In this document: positions 35,622 through 44,767 of the stretch, in pieces
Position numbering within the stretch: position 1 is the stretch's first letter
How the letters are laid out: each line of letters opens with the position of its first letter
Assembly: GCA_964359785.1 (NCBI GenBank)
Contig: CAYHWL010000004.1
Location: forward strand, 1-44,767
Source: an uncultured Methanosarcinales archaeon
GTDB taxonomy: Archaea; Nanobdellota; Nanobdellia; Woesearchaeales; JAGWAF01
Direction of reading: 5' to 3'
DNA: 44,767 nt
Notes under the pieces: model-generated
What the model was told of the DNA's origin: nothing
Seen by the model: the letters and a program-made list of their open reading frames with translations, nothing else
Databases searched by the model: none
Made by a program: the position numbers and the translations under genes

Positions 35622-36937
35622 TGAAGATTCCTCCCCGCGAAAAATGTGTCGAATGTCTTTAGGGTATAATCGATTCTTTCTTTATCAAGCCCTGGATAGA
35701 CGCCGATGAAGAACGTCTGGTTCATGACAAAATCAGTATTCACAAGATCCCCGACGACGCGATGAGGGATCTTGAGATACCCTGGTTGCCGCAGTATATT
35801 CCCTGCGAAAAGCATCCTTGTCGCCACCTTGTTTTGTTCAAGGAATTGGACAAGGTCATTCTTGGTGAATGGCGCATCGGGTTTCACTGATATCAAGAAA
35901 CCAAACCATGATGGGTCTGATCCAGGGGTCGCTTTTGGAAGGATAAGATACTTCTCATATTTACGCAGTCCATCATATAATAGTCCGAAATTCCGTTTTC
36001 GGGCTTCGATAAATCCCGGCAGTTTCTTGAGCTGTTCGACTCCGATGGCGGGTTGCACGTCGATTGGTTTTAGGTTATAGCCTAGGTGTGAGTATACATA
36101 TTTATGGTCGTATCCAAGTGGTAGGGTGCCAAATTGCTGGGTGAATCTTCTTCCGCAGGTATTGGCTTTTCCAGGATCGCACCAGCAATCCCTTCCCCAA
36201 TCCCTTAGTGATTCTACGATCCGTTTAAAAAGGGGATTATCCGTGAACACGACTCCGCCTTCGCCCATGGTTATGTGATGAGCGGGATAGAAACTGCAGG
36301 TGGCTATGTCCCCGTATGTTCCGACAGGTTTCCCTTTGTATAGCGATCCAAGCGCGTCACAGCAATCCTCTACGACATAAAGGTCATGCCGTTTAGCGAT
36401 CTCCATCACTTTGTCAAGATCAAATGGATTTCCAAGTGTGTGAGCGATCACGATCGCTCGTGTCTTTGCTGTTATGGCCTCTTCAAGCAGGGTGCAGTCC
36501 ATGTTATAAGTGCCAAGTTCCACGTCCAAAAATACAGGCACCCATCCATTCATGATGATGGGAGCAACTGTGGTGGGAAATGACGCCGCGACTGTGATCA
36601 CTTCATCGCCTGCTTTTAGCGGATCCGGTAATAAGTGGCTTCCAAGAGCGCTTATGGCCAGCAGGTTGGCCGATGATCCGCTGTTTGCAAGCATAGCGTA
36701 TTTTGTCCCGGAGAATGAAGCGAACATTTTCTCGAATTCGCGGCCGAATCTTCCCATGGTGAGCCAGAATTCGAGGCATGCATCTACCGCGTTTATCATC
36801 TCTTTTTCATCATAGACTCTTCCCGCGTATTCGACTGGGCTTGTGCCTGGCACAAATGGCTTTCTTTGATGCGCCGCTTGATAATATCTCTTGGTGAGTT
36901 CCAATATCTGCGTCCTGATCTCTTCCGCTTCACTCAT
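35618..36937 (-). CDS. rfbH: CDP-4-keto-6-deoxy-D-glucose 3-dehydrase (RfbH/DdhC/AscC, E1)
   Basis: [40 protein letters not shown] (His in place of the PLP Lys), RDWGRDCWC...NTC, YDHKY. Confidence 0.95.
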   Translation of the reverse strand: MSEAEEIRTQILELTKRYYQAAHQRKPFVPGTSPVEYAGRVYDEKEMINAVDACLEFWLTMGRFGREFEKMFASFSGTKYAMLANSGSSANLLAISALGSHLLPDPLKAGDEVITVAASFPTTVAPIIMNGWVPVFLDVELGTYNMDCTLLEEAITAKTRAIVIAHTLGNPFDLDKVMEIAKRHDLYVVEDCCDALGSLYKGKPVGTYGDIATCSFYPAHHITMGEGGVVFTDNPLFKRIVESLRDWGRDCWCDPGKANTCGRRFTQQFGTLPLGYDHKYVYSHLGYNLKPIDVQPAIGVEQLKKLPGFIEARKRNFGLLYDGLRKYEKYLILPKATPGSDPSWFGFLISVKPDAPFTKNDLVQFLEQNKVATRMLFAGNILRQPGYLKIPHRVVGDLVNTDFVMNQTFFIGVYPGLDKERIDYTLKTFDTFFAGRNLQ

Positions 36938-37800
36938 CTTCTCTCCTCTTTCATGAGCCTAAGACCTGTGAAAGGGTCCACAGGCTTATATCCAGTTTCA
37001 TCCACCAATTTGTCTATCAAGAGCCCGGCATTAAGAGGCCGTTTCGCCTTTTGCCCAAGTTTGTTAGTCTCGACGGCATTGACAAGTTTCTTGTCAAGGC
37101 CAAACACATCGCATATCTCCAGGGAGAAGTCATATCTGCTCATGACCTGCGGCCCGACCACGTTATACACGCCATGGGCGTCCTGTTCTAGCAATTTTTC
37201 AGTGGCTTGGACTAGTGTGCTGATGTGGGTGGGACTGCTGATCTGATCGATTGGGACATTGAATGTCTTTCCTTCTCCAAGGGTCTTGATGAATCTCTCG
37301 ACGAAATTCTTTCCTGTCTCCTCCCAGCCATATATGACTGTTGTCCGGAGAGCCAGGCTGTCTTTGAGGATGTCTAATACGTATCGTTCAGCGACATATT
37401 TGTGGAAACCATAGACTCCTATCGGGTTAGGCGTGTCCTTTTCAGAATACGGCCCATTTTTCCCGTCAAAGACGTACTCAGTAGAATAGTAAACCAATTT
37501 GCATCGCGACCCGCGCGCGGCATCCGCCACATTCACTATGCCCTCGACATTGACCCTCCACGATTCAGCGGGATGCTCCTCACACCACTCGACATTAGGG
37601 TTCGCCGCAGGCAACAAAACGATATTAGGACAATATTTGGAAAAGAAATCCGCCACTGCCCCTCGGTCAGAGATGTCAAGTTTCACAAGATTTGGCACGC
37701 CACGGTTGCAATATGTCCCGACCACTTCATGAGATTTTTGGAAATGGTTGTACAGATGCTGTCCTACGAATCCCGATGCCCCGATTATCCCTATCTTCAT
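36934..37800 (-). CDS. RmlD-like NDP-4-keto-sugar reductase (SDR)
   Basis: [20 protein letters not shown] (YxxxK), [16 protein letters not shown]; start moved to MKIGII. Confidence 0.88.
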   Translation of the reverse strand: MKIGIIGASGFVGQHLYNHFQKSHEVVGTYCNRGVPNLVKLDISDRGAVADFFSKYCPNIVLLPAANPNVEWCEEHPAESWRVNVEGIVNVADAARGSRCKLVYYSTEYVFDGKNGPYSEKDTPNPIGVYGFHKYVAERYVLDILKDSLALRTTVIYGWEETGKNFVERFIKTLGEGKTFNVPIDQISSPTHISTLVQATEKLLEQDAHGVYNVVGPQVMSRYDFSLEICDVFGLDKKLVNAVETNKLGQKAKRPLNAGLLIDKLVDETGYKPVDPFTGLRLMKEERR

Positions 37801-38792
37801 TTTGATCCGTAGCGCTCCTTGAAGAATTCTTGGTACCAAGGTATTGTCTTAGCGAGTCCTTTCTCTAGTTTGTGCGAGGCTTCCCATCCAAGCACCTTGC
37901 GCGATTTCTCATTAGAGAGGTACTGATTCTTGATCTCTCCATGCGCTTCATTCAAGATCTTTGGTTTGAGTTTCGAGCAGGTCAATTTGAGTATGGCATT
38001 CACCATGTCAAGCACATTGCTTCTTTCCTCGCTTGAGAAGTTGAATGCGTTGCCTTTCACGTCAGTCCGATGCAGATTCTCTGCGACAGTCAGGTAAGCG
38101 TCGACAGCGTCGCCGACATATAGATAATCTCTGATGAATGTGCCGTCGCTGCGGATGATAGGCTCCGCTCCTAGATAGATTGATTTTATCGTGCCCGGCA
38201 CTATCCTATTGAAGTTCAGGTCGCCAGGCCCATATAGGTTTCCGCATCGAGTGACTGCGATTGGCATGCCGTATGTCTTGAAATAGGATATGGCGATAAG
38301 ATCAGTGCATGATTTTGACACGTCATAAGGATGTTCTCCTGCGAGGCCTTCATCTTCAGTGTAAGGGAGTTTTAGTTTTGTGCCGTATGCTTTGTCGCTT
38401 GATGCGACCACTATCCTGTGCACCGTCTTGCAATGTCTTGCTGCTTCCAGTAGATATGCCGTGCCCATTATGTTGGCTTCGAATGTGCCGATTGGATGCT
38501 GGTTAGCGATTGTGACTTGTGTCTGGGCGCCAAGATGGAATATCGAGTCAATCTCATATTCATGGAGAGCCCTGGCAAGTGTTGGCATATCAGCCAGACT
38601 TCCGCGGACGATATTGACTTTTTCAAGAAGGCCGGTCTTGATAAGTTCCGATGATGGATTCCAATCCCGCAAAAGGACTGTGACCTCTGCGTTTAGATTC
38701 ACAAGTTCACGCACAAGATGGCCGCCTAGGAGGCCGCTTGCTCCAGTGACAAATACCTTCTTCTCTTTCCAGAATTCCTCACGTGAAACCAT
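37797..38792 (-). CDS. rfbG: CDP-glucose 4,6-dehydratase-like SDR
   Basis: FWKEKKVFVTGASGLLG, ASSDKAY, PYDVSK, RCGNLYGPGD; lies with rfbF and rfbH. Confidence 0.75.
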   Translation of the reverse strand: MVSREEFWKEKKVFVTGASGLLGGHLVRELVNLNAEVTVLLRDWNPSSELIKTGLLEKVNIVRGSLADMPTLARALHEYEIDSIFHLGAQTQVTIANQHPIGTFEANIMGTAYLLEAARHCKTVHRIVVASSDKAYGTKLKLPYTEDEGLAGEHPYDVSKSCTDLIAISYFKTYGMPIAVTRCGNLYGPGDLNFNRIVPGTIKSIYLGAEPIIRSDGTFIRDYLYVGDAVDAYLTVAENLHRTDVKGNAFNFSSEERSNVLDMVNAILKLTCSKLKPKILNEAHGEIKNQYLSNEKSRKVLGWEASHKLEKGLAKTIPWYQEFFKERYGSK

Positions 38793-38851
38793 TTTTTAGA
38801 GGAGATATCAAGCGTTTATAAAACCTACCATCGACCAAGGCTCTTCAAAAA

Positions 38852-39103
38852 TTACTTTTCATCGACATTTGTGATGATGTTTTCAATCTCTTCTAGCCTA
38901 TCCGGATTCAGGCTTATCTGAAGACCATAAGAAGTTTTCTTAGCGTTGATAAAGCCATCTTTGATTAATTCTTCTGCGGCTTTCTTGACTTCTCCAGTTG
39001 CATGTCCTGGGACTCCCATCATCACATGCTCAAATGCGGTGTGTTTTCCACCAATGATTCTTCTGCGGAATAGTTTTCTGAGGACCAAAGGTTTGTAATC
39101 CAT
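38852..39103 (-). CDS. Small winged-helix-like hypothetical protein
   Basis: LRKLFRRRIIGGKHT...AEELIKDGFINAKKTSYGLQISLNP; start probably MDYKPL. Confidence 0.7.
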   Translation of the reverse strand: MDYKPLVLRKLFRRRIIGGKHTAFEHVMMGVPGHATGEVKKAAEELIKDGFINAKKTSYGLQISLNPDRLEEIENIITNVDEK

Positions 39104-39200
39104 CCCATCCTTGGGGTATTCCTGATATTTTAGGTTTTGTCCTAATGGACTAATTTGAAACATCAATAAGTTTAAATACAAACTCCCCATTTAGGATATC

Positions 39201-39515
39201 ATGGAACAGACATCATTTAGGCTTGTGTTCGGTGATTCTCCTGTAGTGAGAGTTATGGATTTCTTTATTGATAACCAGGAGTTTGATTACAGTTTGACGG
39301 ATATCGCAAAAGGCGCAGGCATCGCGTGGAGCACGTTACATGGATTGTGGCCGGATTTCTTGAAAGCAGGTCTCGTGGTCAACACCCGGAAAATAGGAAG
39401 AGCGGAACTATACAGACTCAACCTTGATAATCCGCTAGTGAAGAAGCTTCTTGAGATTGATGTGATAGTCTCAAAACAGATAATGGGTGGACAGATCCAA
39501 AAAATCATTGCATAG
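39201..39515 (+). CDS. Winged HTH transcriptional regulator (ArsR-like)
   Basis: FGDSPVVRVMDF, DYSLTDIAKGAGIAWSTL, TRKIGRAELYRLN; TTTAAATA ~30 nt upstream. Confidence 0.8.
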   Translation: MEQTSFRLVFGDSPVVRVMDFFIDNQEFDYSLTDIAKGAGIAWSTLHGLWPDFLKAGLVVNTRKIGRAELYRLNLDNPLVKKLLEIDVIVSKQIMGGQIQKIIA

Positions 39516-39539
39516 ATCCCTACGGGGGATTAAACAAGG

Positions 39540-40313
39540 CTACCAAACCTTCCAAGGCACATTATCTGACTCCCATATCTTGTTTATCTCTTCGAAATCC
39601 CGTTGGGTGTCTACTGGGAAGAAAAAGCCATGGTGCTTATAGAGCGTTAGTTGATTGTCTTTTGCTAGGATGGGGAATATCTCCTCAAGCATACAGTTAT
39701 TGTCTTCACTAAGATAGTCGAATATCCTCTTGTTTAGCACCATGAATCCGCAGTTTATCAGGTCATTTAAGACTGGTTTTTCAGCGAATTCATAGACGAG
39801 TCCATCCTCCTTTGTCCGTACGATCCCATATTTGGATCTTGGGTGGACTCCAGTGATCGTGGCTATCTTCCCGCTTTTTTTATGATGTTCGATGACAGCT
39901 TTCAGATCGACATCCGCGACTCCATCACCGTATGTGAGAAGGAAATTATCATCTTTGATATATTTCTTCACTTGCCGCAACCTGCTCGCTGTTAGCATCT
40001 TTTGCCCCGTGTCAGCAAAAGTGATGGTCCAGTCTTCCTCGCCGGTGTTGGTATGGATCATGTGCTCATGTCCAGGCCCCAATTTGAGTGTGAAATCGTT
40101 TGCCAGCCACTTATAGTTCAAGAAATAATCCTTGATCATCTCGCCTTTATAGCCAAGGCATAGCACGAAATCCTTATGGCCGAATTGTGAGTATATCTTC
40201 ATGATGTGCCACAGTATAGGCATGGTCCCTACACGAGCTAGTGGTTTTGGCAGGAACTCTGTCTGCTCCTTGAATCTGGTCCCAAGCCCCCCGCATAGTA
40301 TGACTGTCTGCAT
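39540..40313 (-). CDS. rfbF: Glucose-1-phosphate cytidylyltransferase
   Basis: VILCGGLGTR, PKP, PILWHIMK, LGYKGEMIKDYF, DTG, LTYGDGV; start moved to MQTVIL. Confidence 0.92.
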   Translation of the reverse strand: MQTVILCGGLGTRFKEQTEFLPKPLARVGTMPILWHIMKIYSQFGHKDFVLCLGYKGEMIKDYFLNYKWLANDFTLKLGPGHEHMIHTNTGEEDWTITFADTGQKMLTASRLRQVKKYIKDDNFLLTYGDGVADVDLKAVIEHHKKSGKIATITGVHPRSKYGIVRTKEDGLVYEFAEKPVLNDLINCGFMVLNKRIFDYLSEDNNCMLEEIFPILAKDNQLTLYKHHGFFFPVDTQRDFEEINKIWESDNVPWKVW

Positions 40314-40435
40314 ATCCCGAGGGTAAGAGAAGGCATTTTTAAACGTATTGCCTGGACTGTGCCGGGATTGACCAATCCTATCGCCCAAGTCTTTAGAGGA
40401 TAATCTTTTAAACCATCATCCAATACAAGATAGTC

Positions 40436-40897
40436 ATGGCACAAAACGAGATCCAAGGCGTGAAGATCGTCCCGCTTCGCAGGATTCTAGACGAACGCGG
40501 CAACATCATGCATATGTTCAAGGTTACTGATCCAGAATTCACTAAGTTTGGTGAGATCTATTTTTCGACCATCTTCCCAGATGCTATCAAGGGCTGGCAT
40601 CTCCATAGTAAAATGACGCTTAATTATGCGGCAGTCTCAGGTAACATCAAGCTCGTCTTATTCGACATGAGAAAAGACTCCCCCACAAAAGGAGTCTTGC
40701 AAGAAGTCTTCATCGGTGAGGACAACTATTGCAGAGTCTCTATCCCTCCAGGTGTCCTAAACGGATTCAAGGCGGTAGGAAACCAAAAGGCGATCGTGGC
40801 CAATTGCACTGACATCCCTCATGATCCCGGAGAGATCAGCAGGATAGATCCATTTTCTAAAGAGGTTCCTTACACTTGGGATATCAAACATGGGTGA
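40436..40897 (+). CDS. RmlC-like NDP-4-keto-6-deoxysugar epimerase (cupin)
   Basis: DERG, FGEIYFS, IKGWHLH, DMRKDSPT, IPPGVLNGFK. Confidence 0.88.
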   Translation: MAQNEIQGVKIVPLRRILDERGNIMHMFKVTDPEFTKFGEIYFSTIFPDAIKGWHLHSKMTLNYAAVSGNIKLVLFDMRKDSPTKGVLQEVFIGEDNYCRVSIPPGVLNGFKAVGNQKAIVANCTDIPHDPGEISRIDPFSKEVPYTWDIKHG

Positions 40898-41485
40898 ATG
40901 GACTTTTCAAGAAGTTTTATTAATCGTCCCATTTCCGTTAACTCGATGCGTAAGCTCCCAAAAGTCTTAAGGTTGAACCTCGGTGCCGGCTGGCGCCCTA
41001 TCGAGGGGTATATCAATCAGGACTTGGTCAAGTTAAAAGGGATAGACTTGACTTTTGATCTCAACAAGTTCCCTTGGCCTCTAGAGGACAACTGCGCTGA
41101 TGAAATCCGTATGCATGATGTCCTTGAGCATCTTGATGATGTCTGCGCGGTCATGAAGGAGATCCACAGGGTCCTAAAGCCCGGAGGCACCGCAAATATC
41201 TTGGTCCCTCATTGGAATAGCAATGGCCCAACATTTGATCCCACCCACAAGCATGGTTTTGGGTACACCACTTTTGAGTATTTCTGCAAAGGTTATCGTC
41301 CGATGTTCCATTATTATTTTGATTTCCAGTTCCAATCGCTTAAGCGGCATATCCATCTGCCAGGAGGATTGCAGTTCTGGAACAAGATACTCGAGCCGCT
41401 GATAAACCTGGTGCCCGATGTCTATGAGACCACTCCGCTCAAGATATTCCCTAGTGAAGGCATCGAGGTTTGGCTGACAAAATAG
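40898..41485 (+). CDS. Short SAM-dependent methyltransferase
   Basis: LNLGAG, GYINQD, DLNKFPWP, VLEHL, EIHRVLKPGG, DPTH; start may be 40946. Confidence 0.85.
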   Translation: MDFSRSFINRPISVNSMRKLPKVLRLNLGAGWRPIEGYINQDLVKLKGIDLTFDLNKFPWPLEDNCADEIRMHDVLEHLDDVCAVMKEIHRVLKPGGTANILVPHWNSNGPTFDPTHKHGFGYTTFEYFCKGYRPMFHYYFDFQFQSLKRHIHLPGGLQFWNKILEPLINLVPDVYETTPLKIFPSEGIEVWLTK

Positions 41486-41528
41486 GCACAAACAAGTTTC
41501 TTAAAGGGTCAGGGATTCCCGCCAGTTT

Positions 41529-43295
41529 ATGATAGAGGATAAGTTGAAGAGGAGTTTTAGGATCGCTTTTGTGGTCATCTTGCTGCTAGGCCTAGCCTTG
41601 CGTCTTTATGGGATCACCTGGGGCCTCCCAAACGAACTGCATCCTTATTCCTATCACCCAGACGAGGCTAGGCTCATCCAGTATATGGCTAATATGCATC
41701 CTGGCTCCTTTGATTTTTATCCAGATGATTTCGCTTATCCGACTTTCCATGTCTTGTTTGTGGGCGCAATCCTCCTGGTACTCTCAAAATTAGGTTTTAT
41801 CATCGTGGCTGCGGATCCGCTCTTCTACGCTGCGAATCCAGGGGCTTTCGCGCATATCATTCTTGTGGGCAGATTGATTGGTGTTGGTTTCTCGATAGCT
41901 AGCCTTGTCATGGTCTATCTTATCGGAAAGCATCTCTATAACAGGAAAGCCGGTATTATCGCGATGCTTTTTATGGCGATAAATCCCTTGGATGTGGTTG
42001 AATCTCATTATTTCACCCTTGATGCGCCGATGATATTTTGGATGCTGCTCTGCGTCTTTGCGAGCATCCGGATCGCAAAAGAAGGCGAAAGGGTCTGGTA
42101 TCTCTTGGCGGGCGCCGCCCTTGGCCTTGCGGGTGCGACGAAATATCCCGGCCTGATGGCCGGCGTGTTCATTGTCGCAGGCCACATCTTCTTCACAAGA
42201 AAGCATAAAGATGATTTCAAGGATTTGGTGAGGTCATTCCTATCAAAAGACATCCTTATCTGCGGAATCATATTTATCGCCGCTTTCCTTATAGGCGTCC
42301 CTTATGCTATGTTAGAGCCAGGCACATTCATAGGCAATTTCATCAAGACCTACGAGATAAGTTCAGGAGCGGATCAAAGCTTCCCATGGTTCTACAATAT
42401 CGGACTGGCCAGCTGGTCATATCATTGGAATAATATCCCCTTTGTTTATCAATTGACTGCCCTGCTTCCTTTCGCGTTTGGCATCATGATGTACCTGTCT
42501 GTGCTAGTCTCATTTTGGCTGATGATAAGATACGCTGATCTGCGCTCAAAGGTCTTTGTGATGGGCGCATTCGCCCTTTATCTTCTCTTGATAGGTAAAT
42601 GGATCAATGTCTTCCCAAGATATGTGCTTTTTCTGATGCCTTTGGGAGCGTTGGCTTGCGCGATAGGCCAGCGTATCACTCTTAAGGTCTGGCGTGGTCC
42701 AGCCCCTATGGTCATCTTCTGGTTGGTGATCGTGGCCACTTTTGTCCATACTGTCTCTTTGGATTACAAATTCAATGATACACAGGATCAGGCATATGAT
42801 TGGATCATGGGTAATATCGCGGATGACTCCAAAATCGCCACTACGCTCTGGGCGCCCCTGCGTTACTCCCCATTACAGGATAGGGAGGCGTTGGACAACA
42901 AAGCGATGCGCAATGATGTCATCGTCTCCAAGAGGGCGAATGATCCTGATTCGCAGGATATGACGTTTCTGGCGCTATGCAAAGGCGGTCTGTGCAAATC
43001 TTTCAAATCATACACGATGTATAACCCGGCCCCCGATTGGTTCGACAAGCGTTCACCTGATTATGTCATCCTCTCAAGCCTTGAGACAGATGGTGTGGAC
43101 GCCCCGCATTTCGACAAGTCCGTCGATTCCATCCGTTCATTCTACACGAGATTCGCGAATTGCAATTCCAGCTACTATACTGTCGCGGTATTCGATCGCC
43201 CATATTTCCTGGAGTCTTTCTACGCTCTGCTCGATCCTAGACTCAAGAGCCTATACCCCTCCCCAAGGATCGAGATACTGCGTAAGGCGCAATAG
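41529..43295 (+). CDS. GT-C glycosyltransferase (ArnT/PMT_2-like)
   Basis: ALRLYGITWGLP...HPDE, YPT, ESHY, ATKY, PRY; many TM helices. Confidence 0.85.
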   Translation: MIEDKLKRSFRIAFVVILLLGLALRLYGITWGLPNELHPYSYHPDEARLIQYMANMHPGSFDFYPDDFAYPTFHVLFVGAILLVLSKLGFIIVAADPLFYAANPGAFAHIILVGRLIGVGFSIASLVMVYLIGKHLYNRKAGIIAMLFMAINPLDVVESHYFTLDAPMIFWMLLCVFASIRIAKEGERVWYLLAGAALGLAGATKYPGLMAGVFIVAGHIFFTRKHKDDFKDLVRSFLSKDILICGIIFIAAFLIGVPYAMLEPGTFIGNFIKTYEISSGADQSFPWFYNIGLASWSYHWNNIPFVYQLTALLPFAFGIMMYLSVLVSFWLMIRYADLRSKVFVMGAFALYLLLIGKWINVFPRYVLFLMPLGALACAIGQRITLKVWRGPAPMVIFWLVIVATFVHTVSLDYKFNDTQDQAYDWIMGNIADDSKIATTLWAPLRYSPLQDREALDNKAMRNDVIVSKRANDPDSQDMTFLALCKGGLCKSFKSYTMYNPAPDWFDKRSPDYVILSSLETDGVDAPHFDKSVDSIRSFYTRFANCNSSYYTVAVFDRPYFLESFYALLDPRLKSLYPSPRIEILRKAQ

Positions 43296-43314
43296 GCCTG
43301 TACTCTCTGCACAA

Positions 43315-43587
43315 TTAATCATACACTCGCGATCTTTTGTCTATAGTGACGATCATGATGCGATTTTTGTCATAATTTAGAGAATAGAGAACGCGGTAAT
43401 CTCCGACTCGAATTCGAAAGACCTTTTCGTTTTCATACCAACTGTTTTCAACGCGCTTGGTTCCTTTAGGGAATGGTGTAGTAGCAAGCGCTTCGATGTG
43501 CTTACCTAGCCGACGAGCAAGTGGGGGGTCTATCTTCTCTAAAAATTTTGCTGCAGCACTCGAAAAGGAGACATCGAGCATTGTCAA
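43315..43587 (-). CDS. relE: RelE/ParE family toxin
   Basis: PFPKGTKRV...FRIRVGDYRVLY...IDKRSRVYD. Confidence 0.9.
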   Translation of the reverse strand: MTMLDVSFSSAAAKFLEKIDPPLARRLGKHIEALATTPFPKGTKRVENSWYENEKVFRIRVGDYRVLYSLNYDKNRIMIVTIDKRSRVYD

Positions 43588-43799
43588 AAGCCTAGGCGAC
43601 GTTTCATTTCTGCCAATGGCACTGTCTTGCCCTTCGATTCATCTTCAAGCGCTTTGGTGAAACTTGCCCGTTCGCCTTCGCTCATATGTGCATCGTGAAA
43701 ATCCTCTCGGAGATTGTGTAATTCTGCGTCCATTTCAGTGAGCTTCATTTTGACAGATTGGAGTTCCTCAAGGATTTGTTGCGTGATTGCTTCTGGCAT
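43584..43799 (-). CDS. Cognate antitoxin (coiled-coil, acidic)
   Basis: 71 aa, immediately upstream of and overlapping relE; C-terminal GKTVPLAEMKRRLG antitoxin-like motif. Confidence 0.8.
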   Translation of the reverse strand: MPEAITQQILEELQSVKMKLTEMDAELHNLREDFHDAHMSEGERASFTKALEDESKGKTVPLAEMKRRLGF

Positions 43800-43982
43800 G
43801 AGTGGTGTATTATTTCTTGAGCTTAAATACTTTTGTCCCTTCTAAGTACGAGACGCTGCGTTCTCCAAAAGGAGAAAAGGAGAAATCTCCCAAAGTCCTA
43901 AGTAACTTATAGAACCATATCACTCATAATTACAATGCCAAGGATCGAGCATTGATCCAGAGGCTTCAACTTCTTTTTTCGT

Positions 43983-44047
43983 AGTTTGCTAGAGGCTTCC
44001 GGGGTGACGTTGCAAACCCAGGGGGTATTCGGAATGTGCTGCAAACT
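43983..44047. other. Long imperfect hairpin downstream of 44050..44688
   Basis: AGTTTGC...TTCCG...GGGT/ACCC...CGGAA...GCAAACT nested pairings. Confidence 0.35.
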
Positions 44048-44049
44048 CC

Positions 44050-44688
44050 CTACTTGATCGTATCATGTATAAGACTCAAGGCTTTGTAGTATTCCTGTTG
44101 CACATACGCGCGACGCGTCTCGTTTGAGAATGATCCTGGAATGCGTCTCAAAAGGTTTGCGCCGAGGTGATCAGTTTTACGATAAACCGGATTGTCCAAT
44201 TCATACATGTATTCTCCAGCAGGGCATTCCGGGGTAAATCCATCGACGCCTTCGTCTCTGAAGTCTCTCCGGATACTGCCATTTTCAAGATACATAACGA
44301 CGCGGATCCTATCCCTTGTGTTACGTCCCATTTCATAGTCAATCATCATTATTCCACCTTTCGAACGTATATGTTTTCGATACATGGTTCCGGGGTCGTC
44401 CGGGTCGTTAGAAAGAATTGTTTCATCAGGATGTAAGGAAACGTATCTTGCGATATTTTCAGTGAGCACCAAGACTTCCTTATCAGTTGCTTGATATAGT
44501 TGTGGACCACATCCATTATTTGACTTACTCAAATGTTGTGCAAGCGCGTTTTTACTCTTCAATACATGACTCTCAATGTTTGGTTTGGTGTTATCCATGT
44601 GCCAGAATATACTCGTCCCAAGCACACCTATGCCTACCGCAACTGCATGGGACAAGAGTTTTATACGTAAACTAGGACGGTCATTCAT
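44050..44688 (-). CDS. Membrane-anchored hypothetical protein
   Basis: 212 aa; single N-terminal hydrophobic segment AVAVGIGVLGTSIFW. Confidence 0.7.
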   Translation of the reverse strand: MNDRPSLRIKLLSHAVAVGIGVLGTSIFWHMDNTKPNIESHVLKSKNALAQHLSKSNNGCGPQLYQATDKEVLVLTENIARYVSLHPDETILSNDPDDPGTMYRKHIRSKGGIMMIDYEMGRNTRDRIRVVMYLENGSIRRDFRDEGVDGFTPECPAGEYMYELDNPVYRKTDHLGANLLRRIPGSFSNETRRAYVQQEYYKALSLIHDTIK

Positions 44689-44767
44689 TTAAACCTTAAT
44701 TGCGAATCACTATGTCAATTGCGAGCGCTCACCCCTGGTGATCGCGATGTCGCTGCGGCTCTTCGCT

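Noticed and set aside
44700-44767. Possible 3' end of a minus-strand gene at the window edge
   Set aside because: Too short to assign a frame or product.
1-44767. CRISPR arrays, tRNA and rRNA genes
   Set aside because: No regularly spaced repeats or RNA-gene signatures seen; intergenic gaps are short. tRNAscan-SE and Infernal would be needed to exclude small RNAs.

Overview
Chromosomal segment of an archaeon, most likely DPANN (Woesearchaeota-like). This is inferred from TATA boxes ~30 nt upstream of leaderless ATGs, an oapABC cluster, an archaeal-type YchF and KGQ class III signal peptides. (1) 1-7.2 kb: three tandem two-gene cassettes, each a class III signal peptide (pilin-like) protein translationally coupled to a large secreted protein. 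The secreted proteins share an N-terminal domain but end in different peptidoglycan-directed modules: PG-binding plus M23 peptidase, or a DUF3597-like motif plus a 3D/DPBB-like domain. This is the best candidate for a new system, a polymorphic archaeal anti-bacterial cell-wall effector array. (2) 9.2-14.7 kb: a 5.4-kb block bounded by a 57-bp direct repeat of a promoter plus start codon. It carries an orphan Pycsar-type membrane effector, a family II pyrophosphatase flanked by two FGE/C-type-lectin-like domains, NDK, an AAA_28 NTPase and a divergent regulator. (3) 15-25.9 kb: cdd, oapABC, a paralog triplet, PHP, ychF, a DUF4143 ATPase flanked by a 63-bp repeat, and a broken vapBC. (4) 25.9-43.3 kb: a surface-glycan locus with GT2/GT4/GT9/GT-C enzymes, methyltransferases, a B12 radical SAM enzyme and a CDP-3,6-dideoxyhexose pathway. 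It is followed by a RelE-type TA pair. No rRNA, tRNA, CRISPR array, integrase or transposase was recognised. All family calls are by motif recognition, not database search, and identity counts were made by hand.
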